In this document: piece by piece, positions 26,039 through 34,292 of the stretch | Numbering within the stretch: position 1 is the first letter of the stretch | Layout of the letters: each line of letters begins with the position of its first letter | From: an uncultured bacterium | Lineage (GTDB): Bacteria; Acidobacteriota; Aminicenantia; Aminicenantales; Aminicenantaceae | Reading direction: 5' to 3' | DNA length: 34,292 nucleotides | NCBI GenBank assembly: GCA_965603705.1 | Contig: CBFDDY010000003.1 | Location: forward strand, 1 to 34,292 | Position numbers and translations under genes: made by a program | The notes under the pieces: generated by a model | The model's database searches: none | What the model was told of the DNA's origin: nothing | Seen by the model: the letters and a program-made list of their open reading frames with translations, nothing else

Positions 26039-27558
26039 AATGGCACCTCCTTGATCTTATCAAGGTCACTCCAGTAGAGTTCACGTATGTCATTTATTCC
26101 GTATCTAAGCATTGCCAGCCGGTCAAGTCCGAGCCCCCAGGCTAAAACCGGCACTTTACATCCGAAAGGTCTGGTCACTTCAGGTCGAAAAACACCTGAG
26201 CCGCCTAATTCGATCCAGCTCTTTTTCGATTCCATATAGACAAATGCTTCCGCGCTTGGTTCTGTATAAGGAAAAAATGCGGGTTTGAATTTAATCTTTT
26301 CAAATCCCATTTTCCGGTAAAACTCCTGCAAGGTGCCGAGCAGGGTCGCTAAACTTGCATCTTTATCGATGATAACTCCGTCGACTTGAAAGAATTCCGG
26401 CAGGTGTTTATAACTGATAGCTTCATTTCTATATACTTTCCCCACGCAGAATACTTTTTGAGGAGGATTCGGGTCTTCTGCAAGGGCCCGGATTGTAGTT
26501 GCGGTAGTGTGAGTGCGCAGTACCATTTCTTTTGCCCGCTTGAGACTCCACTTATACCCCCATCCGGTCGAACCGGTTTTCCAGCCGTTTTCGTGGGTCT
26601 GTTTCACATTCTCAACGAACTTATTATGCGGTAGTTTAGCTTCAGCTGGACGGGTCAGGTAAAATGTATCCTGCATGTCACGGGCCGGGTGGTCCTGGGG
26701 CTGAAATAAAGCGTCGAAGTCCCAGAAAGCTGATTCTGCCTGAGGGGAAACGATTTCTGTAAATCCCATCTCCAGGAAGGCTTTGCGTGTCTGCTGGATA
26801 ATTTTCTGCATAGGATGCATTTTTGCAGGATATATTTTTTCTGCTTCCAGAGTGACATCATAGTGGCGTAGTTTGATATTCTTCCATTCTCCGCTTTCAA
26901 TGTCTTCCGGACTTAGAATATTCTGTTCCTTGATGATTTTTATGTCTTTGCTCAGGATTTTTTTGCCTACATCAGTTAAGCAGGCAAGGCGGATGGTTCG
27001 TTCCTTTATTTTAGCCAGGGAAGTACGCTTATTTAATAATTTATTTACCCTGGTAGGGTCTATACCTTGCTTTTCAAGTTGGTCTAAAAACAGGGTGCCG
27101 CTTTTTAGGGCCAGCTCTATGGCCTTTTCGTCAGCATCAGGGTTATCTAGGGCCTTATGTCCGTCTTTGGTAATTATAAGCTCGCCTTTGTCTTTTTTGA
27201 CCCATCCCCGCAGGGAGCTCCACTTTATGATATCACCCATAGGAATTTCTTTTTGTTTGGCGATCCGGGCCATATCCTGCATGGGCATCCGGCCTTTCTC
27301 TGCCAGTATCGAGAGTACCTGCCTTTCGGGAAGACCCTTTTTCATCTGGTCTTCAGCACTATCGGATAGGATTAGTTCTTTGCGTAAGTGTTCTTTTATG
27401 GTTAGCCATCCCTGTTCTTGAGCATAAGTTAATGTAGCTGCAACTTGGGGATGTTCTAATCCTGATTGAGTTTCAATTTGAGGGGTTGAAAGTTCCCGCT
27501 CTGAATCCAGGAGAGCTTTAAATACTTTCCATTGGCTCTTGCTGACTGTTTTTCTCAT
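26029..27558 (-). CDS. pheS: Phenylalanine-tRNA ligase alpha subunit, archaeal/eukaryote-like long form
   Basis: Long N-terminal extension with GLPE; FWDFDALFQPQDHPARDMQDTF, LRTHTT, VYRNE, HLPEF.Q..G, FFPYTEPS, W.ELGGSG.FRPE, AWGLGLDRLAM; 509 aa. Confidence 0.97.
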   Translation of the reverse strand: MRKTVSKSQWKVFKALLDSERELSTPQIETQSGLEHPQVAATLTYAQEQGWLTIKEHLRKELILSDSAEDQMKKGLPERQVLSILAEKGRMPMQDMARIAKQKEIPMGDIIKWSSLRGWVKKDKGELIITKDGHKALDNPDADEKAIELALKSGTLFLDQLEKQGIDPTRVNKLLNKRTSLAKIKERTIRLACLTDVGKKILSKDIKIIKEQNILSPEDIESGEWKNIKLRHYDVTLEAEKIYPAKMHPMQKIIQQTRKAFLEMGFTEIVSPQAESAFWDFDALFQPQDHPARDMQDTFYLTRPAEAKLPHNKFVENVKQTHENGWKTGSTGWGYKWSLKRAKEMVLRTHTTATTIRALAEDPNPPQKVFCVGKVYRNEAISYKHLPEFFQVDGVIIDKDASLATLLGTLQEFYRKMGFEKIKFKPAFFPYTEPSAEAFVYMESKKSWIELGGSGVFRPEVTRPFGCKVPVLAWGLGLDRLAMLRYGINDIRELYWSDLDKIKEVPLCR

Positions 27559-27560
27559 CT

Positions 27561-28838
27561 TTATTTTTTCTTTTTCATGCGGTTACGGACTATCTTATCG
27601 AATTTATCTCTAAGTTGTGTCTGTACACTTGTTTCCGGGATTAATTTTCCATTTATGATCACTTTATAAATCCTGGATGTCATCTGAAGAGGGCTGCCTG
27701 TCCAGATCACTACATTGGCCATTTTACCTGCTTCCAGTGAACCTACCATATCATCTATTCCCAGGATTTTTGCCGGGTAGATGGTTAGAGCTTTTAGAGC
27801 TTCCTCCTCTGCAAGCCCGTGTGCGACTGAGATCGCTGCCGGAAGAGGGAGGTTGCGGACATTGTAGCTGCCGCCGCCAAAGCCCCCGGTAGCAAATGCA
27901 AACATAATGCCCTTCTTTGCCAGCATCCCGGCAGCCCGGAAATATTTATCAAATGGTTCCCAGCGCCCCGGCTCGGCTGTAGTTCCTACCCAGATAAGCG
28001 GGATTTTTTCCTCAGCCAGCTTGTCGGCATATTTGTAAATACCTTTTCCTGCCTGAATGACCCCTTTTAAATTGTAATCCTTGATTATACTTATTGCATT
28101 ACGCAGAGTGACTTCATCATTTGTCAGAAAGATCGCCCTGACTTTTCCGGTAACGACTGGGACCAGGGCTTCCATCTCAAGGTCCCGTTTGTTAGAGTTT
28201 TCTTTCCCGGTTTTTTCATTTTTCTTTTCTGTGTATTTTAAGGCTTTGGTCAGTTTTTCTTTTATCAGAGTAATAGTGCCGGATAGGGTAGTGGGGTATT
28301 TATTTTCTCCCCTGACTCCGATATTAAATATCTGGGCTGCATATTTTTTTATCACCATTTCATGAGCCAGAGTGCCTTCGAGGTTTAATATCACAGATTT
28401 TCCATTGATTATATTGCGGGACCCGCTTGTGGTCTGGACAGTAGTCACTCCTCCCATGCGGGTTACATCAATAGTATTATCCTCGGGATTAATGGCATCA
28501 TAAGGGTCCATGTGCGGCGTGACAAGGCCTATTTCATTCTGGTCGTTTCCGGCCCCGGGGTATCCGGTTACTCCGACAGCAGTCATAAGAGCTATGATTC
28601 CGGGATAGACGTACTTGCCGCTTGAGTCGATAATCATTGCATCTGAGGGAGCTTTAATATCAATTCCGATCTTAAGGATTTTTCCGTTTTGGATGAGGAG
28701 GTCTCCGATTTTAATGGTCTTTCCAGAGACCGGAACAATGGTCCCGTTTTTTATCAGAATGGTTTCCTGGGAGAAGGCCAGGAGGGCTGCCAGGAAAAAA
28801 AGAAACAGGCTGCTTATAATATATGCTTTCTTATTCAT
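27561..28838 (-). CDS. Exported amidohydrolase-fold protein with degenerate metal site
   Basis: Signal peptide MNKKAYII...AFSQE after RBS AGGGAGG; G..VYPG, GGVTT, T..PA.ILG.....GSLE.GK.A; has ALMTAVG where D.HxH is expected. Confidence 0.85.
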   Translation of the reverse strand: MNKKAYIISSLFLFFLAALLAFSQETILIKNGTIVPVSGKTIKIGDLLIQNGKILKIGIDIKAPSDAMIIDSSGKYVYPGIIALMTAVGVTGYPGAGNDQNEIGLVTPHMDPYDAINPEDNTIDVTRMGGVTTVQTTSGSRNIINGKSVILNLEGTLAHEMVIKKYAAQIFNIGVRGENKYPTTLSGTITLIKEKLTKALKYTEKKNEKTGKENSNKRDLEMEALVPVVTGKVRAIFLTNDEVTLRNAISIIKDYNLKGVIQAGKGIYKYADKLAEEKIPLIWVGTTAEPGRWEPFDKYFRAAGMLAKKGIMFAFATGGFGGGSYNVRNLPLPAAISVAHGLAEEEALKALTIYPAKILGIDDMVGSLEAGKMANVVIWTGSPLQMTSRIYKVIINGKLIPETSVQTQLRDKFDKIVRNRMKKKK

Positions 28839-30108
28839 CGTTCCCTCCCTGTACAGTGATACTGTCTTTTGTGTAGTCAAAATATATCTTACCTTCGATG
28901 ATAGTCATAAGGCATTTTGTGAAGGAATCCAGGGGATGTTTGCTGAAAACCGCTAGGTCACCGTCCTTGCTTGTTTCAAGGCTTCCTACACGATGGTCGA
29001 TTTCCAGGGCCTTGGCTGCATTCAGAGTGATCATTTTTAATATCTCGACTTCAGGCAGGTCATTGTATTTTAAAACCTTTGCTACATCCAGAAAAAGATA
29101 GCGGCTGACTCCGGGAGAAACAGAGTCGGTATTGACCACAATATTAACACCGGCATCAAACATGATTTTAAAACCCCAGGGATTACCGTCATAAGCTTCT
29201 TCTTTAAATCCCCAGGAGTCGACCCACCCTCCGTATGAGACTCCAGCTTCAGCCATTATGTCAGCCACTTTATAGCCGTCAATGCAATGGCTTATCTGCA
29301 TAAGGTCCAGGTCAAATTCTTTGCAGAAATTTATCATCCAGACGATCTCGTCCGCCCGGTATATATGGCCGTCAATGCTTAACTTTTTTTCCAGGACCTG
29401 CTTTAATGTTTCCATTTTCAGGTCTTTTTTTGGCGGGATTAGGTCTTTTTTGCCAGCGGCTTTATCCTTTTCGAATTTGTCCCATTTGGCTTTATATTCG
29501 CGGGCTTCGATAAAGGCTTTCCGTGCTACATAAGCGTTTCCCATCCGGGTGGAAGGAGTTTTTCCTTTGCTCTGGCCGTAGGTGCGTTTGGGATTCTCTC
29601 CTAACGCCATTTTTAGCTGCTGGCGGGCGTCCTGAATGATCATTTCTTCAACCGGGGCATTGTATTTAAGTTTTATAGTGACATTAACTCCGCCGATAAC
29701 ATTAGCACTTCCGTGCATGGTCTTAATAGCGGTTACGCCGCCGGCCAGAGTTTTAAGGATGGAATCATGACCGGGGACAAGGACATCCTTCATCCATATC
29801 TGGGGTGTTACAGGGTCTGTCGCCTCATTAACATCAGACATGCCGGTAAGGGCGTAATGAACATGAGTATCGATAATACCAGGCATTATATATTTTCCGC
29901 TGGTGTCGATTACTTTAATTCCGGCCGGAATCAATACATCTCTGCCGATAGCTGTTATCTTGCCGTTGCGGATAACAATGGTTCCGTTTTCGATCGTTCC
30001 GTTGGTCATGGTCAGAATAGTTCCTCCTTTAAGAACCAGGTCCTGAGCTAGACCGGAGGCGGTAATAATAAGAATTAGGGCTGCTAATGAAACAAGTTTT
30101 TTTACCAT
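28831..30108 (-). CDS. Exported amidohydrolase-family protein
   Basis: Signal peptide; MPGIIDTHVH, GGVT, HGSAN.IGG, KMALGENPK, STRMG, HIYRADE, SHC..GY, NTDS, TLNAAK.L....RVGSLE; RBS AAGGAGG. Confidence 0.93.
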   Translation of the reverse strand: MVKKLVSLAALILIITASGLAQDLVLKGGTILTMTNGTIENGTIVIRNGKITAIGRDVLIPAGIKVIDTSGKYIMPGIIDTHVHYALTGMSDVNEATDPVTPQIWMKDVLVPGHDSILKTLAGGVTAIKTMHGSANVIGGVNVTIKLKYNAPVEEMIIQDARQQLKMALGENPKRTYGQSKGKTPSTRMGNAYVARKAFIEAREYKAKWDKFEKDKAAGKKDLIPPKKDLKMETLKQVLEKKLSIDGHIYRADEIVWMINFCKEFDLDLMQISHCIDGYKVADIMAEAGVSYGGWVDSWGFKEEAYDGNPWGFKIMFDAGVNIVVNTDSVSPGVSRYLFLDVAKVLKYNDLPEVEILKMITLNAAKALEIDHRVGSLETSKDGDLAVFSKHPLDSFTKCLMTIIEGKIYFDYTKDSITVQGGNDE

Positions 30109-30337
30109 GTTTCCTCCTTATATGAGAAAAATAAAAATTATCTTAATTGGAGATAATTCTATATGTTTTCCCCCTGACTTTGCAAGCCCTATATCCTACA
30201 GGAGTCCCCCTTTTTTATAAGCATCTGAGCATTAAGAAAGAATCAGGTCAGGTTATTTCAATTCTTATTGAAAAGATAAATCATTTTGAATAAGATGGTT
30301 TTATGGGTAATTTGATAGAGTCAAAGCAGGAGAAAAT

Positions 30338-31660
30338 ATGAAAAAAAATTGTAAAAAACTTAACCGGAGGCAGTTTCTTAAAAAACTGCCGGCAGCTGCA
30401 GCCGGAGTAGCTGTTTTTCCATCTATAGTCCCGTCTTCAGTTTTTGGGAAGCCGGGCCGCCCTGCCCCCAGCAGCCGGGTCGTAATGGCAGGCATTGGTT
30501 TCGGCATGCAGGGAATCCCCAATATGGAGAACTTTTTAAGCAAGGATGAAGTCCAGTGGGTCGCAGTTTGTGATTTAGATGAGGAACACCTGATAGAGGC
30601 GCGTGATATTGTCAATAAAGAATACGGAAATGAAGATTGTACTGTTTATCATGATTTTAGAATACTCTGTGAGCGCAAGGATATTGATGCTGTTTCCATT
30701 GCTGTGCCTGATCAGTGGCATGCCATTGTCGCAACCACCTGTGCTAGGGCAGGATTTGATATTTTTGGGGAGAAACCTTTGACTCACAGCCTGGTAGAAG
30801 GACGGACCCTTTGTGATGCTGTCAAACGTTACGGCCGTATCTGGCAGACCGGAAGCTGGCAGCGATCTGTAGCAAATTTCCATCAAGCATCGGAGCTGGT
30901 CCGGAACGGGCGGATCGGGAAGGTTAAAAAGATCGAGGTCGGATTACCCTCCGGCCACCATGATTTTGCCGGGACAAAAGGGCAGGAGACCATGGGATCT
31001 CCACCTGAACACCTGGATTATGATTTCTGGCTAGGGCCTGCTCCTTATGCTCCTTACTGCCCGGCCCGCGTGCATAGAAACTGGCGTTGGAATATGGACC
31101 TGGGCGGGGGGCAGTTTATGGACTGGGTTGGACATCATGTTGACATTGCCCATTGGGGTATGGGTTGGGATTATACTGGCCCGGTTGAGGTTCAGGGTAC
31201 AGGAGAATATACAAGGGCTGGAGTATGGAACAGCCCTACCCGTTATTATGTAGAAACCCGTTATGCTGATGGAACTCCCATGATAGTCGCGGGAGGGTAT
31301 CCTGAAATCCGCAGCGGTACAAAGTGGATCGGCGAATACGGCTGGGTCTGGTGTGACCGGGGCGGCCTGGAAGCAGATCCGATATCTTTGCTTGATGAGT
31401 TCATCGGCCCTGATGAAGAACGGTTATATAAAAGCAGGGACCATTTTCAAAATTTTCTGGATTGTCTAAAGCTGCGAAAACAGACCATTACTCCAGCTGA
31501 AGTAGCGCACCGTTCAGCCAGTGTAGGACACCTTGGTGTTATCGCTATTGAGCTGGGACGAAAAATTAGCTGGGATCCAAAAACCGAGACTATTAAGGGC
31601 GACCCTGAAGCTACCCGTTTGTTGAGCCGTGCTTACCGTAATCCCTGGCAATTAGGTTAG
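30338..31660 (+). CDS. Tat-exported Gfo/Idh/MocA-family oxidoreductase
   Basis: Twin-arginine NRRQFLK; IGFG.QG, VAVCD, AVPDQWH, GEKPL, QTGSWQRS, LD.D.WLGPAP, DW..HH.D.A.W, YR.PW. Confidence 0.95.
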   Translation: MKKNCKKLNRRQFLKKLPAAAAGVAVFPSIVPSSVFGKPGRPAPSSRVVMAGIGFGMQGIPNMENFLSKDEVQWVAVCDLDEEHLIEARDIVNKEYGNEDCTVYHDFRILCERKDIDAVSIAVPDQWHAIVATTCARAGFDIFGEKPLTHSLVEGRTLCDAVKRYGRIWQTGSWQRSVANFHQASELVRNGRIGKVKKIEVGLPSGHHDFAGTKGQETMGSPPEHLDYDFWLGPAPYAPYCPARVHRNWRWNMDLGGGQFMDWVGHHVDIAHWGMGWDYTGPVEVQGTGEYTRAGVWNSPTRYYVETRYADGTPMIVAGGYPEIRSGTKWIGEYGWVWCDRGGLEADPISLLDEFIGPDEERLYKSRDHFQNFLDCLKLRKQTITPAEVAHRSASVGHLGVIAIELGRKISWDPKTETIKGDPEATRLLSRAYRNPWQLG

Positions 31661-31673
31661 GAAAGAGGCTAAT

Positions 31674-33665
31674 ATGAAAACAAAAAAGAAAACATTCAAC
31701 TCTAAATTATCTCTTTGGGTAACATTGATGCTGGGATTCTGTCTTTTCTCAGGAACAATTGTTCTCGAGCTTAATGCCGTCCAGTCCGGTCAAGACCTAA
31801 AGGATGTCCTTCGGCAGCTAACAACCTACAAGCAGGGCCGGAACGATGAATTAATTCTAAAACTCAATGATTATATTCGCAAATACCGGAAATCTCCTGA
31901 GTCCCGGGCAGTATGTGAGGGAGAACTTCTTTTTTTTCTTGACTCAGATGCCACCCTTGAAGCAAAGATGGAAGCCTGCCGGCATTTACGGATAATCGGA
32001 AGCGAAAAATCTGTGCCGGTGCTGGAAAAGAAACTCCTTAAAAAAGAGACTACGGATATGGCCCGTTATGTTTTGGAAAAGATTCCCGCTATTTCTGCTG
32101 AAAAAGCCCTGCTTAATGCCCTTTCCATAACCCAAGGGGATACAAGGCTGGGGATCATCTCTTCTTTAGGTCAACGAAGAGTTGCAGCTGCAGTAGCTCC
32201 TTTAGGAAGGCTGATACATGGATCCGAGGTCGAATCAGCCCTTGCTGCTGTGACCGCGTTGGGATGGATAGCTACTCCTGAAGCGGTTGAAGTTCTTGCG
32301 GAAACTTTAAGTACAACCACAGGAAATATTAAGATTCAAACAGTTTCATCCTTGCTGAAATGTGCAGAAAAATTTCAGCTGCAAGAGCAGCCAAAAAAAG
32401 CTGCTGAAATCTATGACGCTCTTTTATCTGCAGATATCCCGGCTTCATTACGCCGGGCTGCTGTGCGCGGCAAGATCTTGACAGGCGGCGCTAAAGCCGG
32501 CCTGATAATCCTTGATATTCTAAAAAGCGTGGATAAAGAAATTTATACTCCGGCTATTGGGATGATCAGTGATGATTTTGATGATTCATCTCTTAAAGCT
32601 GTATGTGATATATTGCCTGAGCTTCCGAAAGAAAATCAGGCCCAGTTATTAATGGTCCTGTCCCGGTTTCAGAGGCCAGAAGTACTGTCAGTTGTAAAAG
32701 AGGCAGTTAAAAGTCAGGAAAAAAGAGTAAGGATTGCTGCTCTGGAAGCGCTTTGTAGTCTTGGGGATGCTTCTATGGTGAGCTTTTTCTACCTTTATGC
32801 TGCTGAATCTACAGGAGTTGAACAAAGCACTGCCCGTAACAGTTTGTGGAATCTTAAAGGAGAGGGAGTAGATCAGGCCATCCTGGATGGATTAGAAAAA
32901 AACACAGATCCTCAACTTCGGAATGAACTTATCCGCTGTATTGAGGAGCGGCGGATTAAAGAGGGGCAACCTGTTTTATTTACCATAATCCGTGAAGCAG
33001 AGCCGGAAAACCGCATACAGGCCATAAAGGCGCTTAAAGTGCTTGCTGTTCCAGCCGATCTTTCCCGGCTTATAGACCTTATGCTGGAATTGCAGGGGGA
33101 GAGGGAACAAAATGAGATGACAGTGACAATCGCAGCTGTTGCCGGAAAGATCGCAGAGCCGCACAAGCGGGGAGCGGCGCTGGTTGCAATTATTCCTGAA
33201 GTTATAGATGTAAACATCCGGGCTGCCTTGTATCGTACCCTGGGGAAAATCGGTGATGACAGTACTCTGCCGGTCCTCCGCTGGGCGTTGGGGGGAAATA
33301 GCAGCGATATTCAGGATGCTGTAATACGAGCACTGGCGGAATGGCCTACCTTAACAGCCAGGGATGATTTATTCAGGATCGCAAAAGCTTCAAAAGATCC
33401 AACCCATCAGGTGTTGGCATTAAGGGCCTATATTCGTTTGATAGGAAGGGAAAAATTTCGTTTACCGGAGGCGGTTGTCAGCTCCTTACAAGCAGCGCTA
33501 AAAATAGCCCGGCGTTCGGAAGAGAAAAAAGCTGTACTGGGAATACTTCCAAAATTTATCTGCTTGGATGCGCTTGAGCTGGCAGAATCCTTGCTGGAAG
33601 ACCAAGATGTAAAATCCGAAGCGCAGGCGGCAATAGAAAAGCTAAAAGAAGAGTTAGAGAAATAA
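31674..33665 (+). CDS. Exported HEAT/PBS-lyase-like repeat protein
   Basis: Signal-peptide-like N-terminus; repeated helical units (L..IG...SVP.L, A..ALG.I, R.AAL.AL..LG, LGKIG....LP.L, AVIRALAEWP). Confidence 0.85.
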   Translation: MKTKKKTFNSKLSLWVTLMLGFCLFSGTIVLELNAVQSGQDLKDVLRQLTTYKQGRNDELILKLNDYIRKYRKSPESRAVCEGELLFFLDSDATLEAKMEACRHLRIIGSEKSVPVLEKKLLKKETTDMARYVLEKIPAISAEKALLNALSITQGDTRLGIISSLGQRRVAAAVAPLGRLIHGSEVESALAAVTALGWIATPEAVEVLAETLSTTTGNIKIQTVSSLLKCAEKFQLQEQPKKAAEIYDALLSADIPASLRRAAVRGKILTGGAKAGLIILDILKSVDKEIYTPAIGMISDDFDDSSLKAVCDILPELPKENQAQLLMVLSRFQRPEVLSVVKEAVKSQEKRVRIAALEALCSLGDASMVSFFYLYAAESTGVEQSTARNSLWNLKGEGVDQAILDGLEKNTDPQLRNELIRCIEERRIKEGQPVLFTIIREAEPENRIQAIKALKVLAVPADLSRLIDLMLELQGEREQNEMTVTIAAVAGKIAEPHKRGAALVAIIPEVIDVNIRAALYRTLGKIGDDSTLPVLRWALGGNSSDIQDAVIRALAEWPTLTARDDLFRIAKASKDPTHQVLALRAYIRLIGREKFRLPEAVVSSLQAALKIARRSEEKKAVLGILPKFICLDALELAESLLEDQDVKSEAQAAIEKLKEELEK

Positions 33666-33697
33666 ATACAACTTAAACCAAGAAAGGAGGTATTTTT

Positions 33698-34292
33698 ATG
33701 ATAGAAGGAGCTCGATCAGGCGCTTCAACTTCCAGGTTAAGGTATGCTATGGTAGGCGGTGGACAGGGTGCATTTATCGGGGATGTGCATAGAAAATCCA
33801 TTGCTATGGATGGCAGGGCAGAACTGGTTGCAGGCTGTTTTTCTCAGGATTTTGAAAATACACTGGCAACCGGGGAAATGCTCGATTTGAATAAAGAACG
33901 CTTGTACCGCACTTATCAAGAGATGATAGAAGCTGAAAGTAAATATGAGGATGGAGCTGCCTTTATTATTATTGCTACCCCTAACAATACTCATTTTCAC
34001 ATAGCTAAGATGGCCCTTGAGCATGGCTTTCATATCGTCTGCGACAAACCCCTTACTACAGACAGCATGGAAGCAGAAAAACTGGGCCGCTTGAGTGTAG
34101 AAAAAAACCTGCTTTTTTGTGTGACCTATGCCTATACCGGGTATCCTGTTGTCAAACATATGAGGGCTATGGTAGCTCATGGAGACCTGGGAGATATACA
34201 TTTTGGCAATGCCGAATATCCCCAGGAGTGGCTGGCTACTCAGCTTGAAAAAACAGGGCAGAAACAGTCTGCCTGGAGGACTGACCCAAAAC
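33698..34292 (+). CDS. Gfo/Idh/MocA-family oxidoreductase, partial (runs off the right edge)
   Basis: RBS AAAGGAGG; MIEGARS...LRYAMVGGGQGAFIGDVHR, LVAGCFS, IATPN..H, CDKPL, Y.YTGYP.V, EY.Q.WL, WR.DP. Absent from the ORF track because no stop falls inside the window. Confidence 0.93.
   Translation, partial: MIEGARSGASTSRLRYAMVGGGQGAFIGDVHRKSIAMDGRAELVAGCFSQDFENTLATGEMLDLNKERLYRTYQEMIEAESKYEDGAAFIIIATPNNTHFHIAKMALEHGFHIVCDKPLTTDSMEAEKLGRLSVEKNLLFCVTYAYTGYPVVKHMRAMVAHGDLGDIHFGNAEYPQEWLATQLEKTGQKQSAWRTDPK

Overview
Bacterial chromosomal window, probably from an anaerobic, peptide-fermenting organism; no rRNA, tRNA, CRISPR array, transposase or integrase was found. Positions 1-13.2 kb hold a GntR/FCD regulator, three copies of a 21-bp operator-like motif, and a divergent catabolic cluster. 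The cluster contains a class IV PLP aminotransferase, an ADP-forming acyl-CoA synthetase, IorAB, a hydantoinase-like amidohydrolase, a YgeW/ArgF'-like carbamoyltransferase, a truncated M14 peptidase, DUF3830, a non-canonical M20 protein and a PPC/DUF296 protein. It reads like an uncharacterised fermentation route for a cyclic ureide or N-carbamoyl amino acid. A VOC protein, an S9 peptidase and a PP-loop protein follow. At 17.7-22.7 kb an intact metV-metF-metH module with decayed genes at both ends lies between two direct copies of the flanking DNA. The second copy has a 535-bp internal deletion, the junctions show microhomology, and one junction falls in the apex of a REP-like hairpin. The right part holds a methyltransferase, archaeal-type pheS/pheT (PheT with a Zn-ribbon-like insertion) behind two exported amidohydrolases, a Tat-exported Gfo/Idh/MocA oxidoreductase, a HEAT-repeat protein and a partial second Gfo/Idh/MocA gene. 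All family calls come from motif recognition by eye, not database searches.
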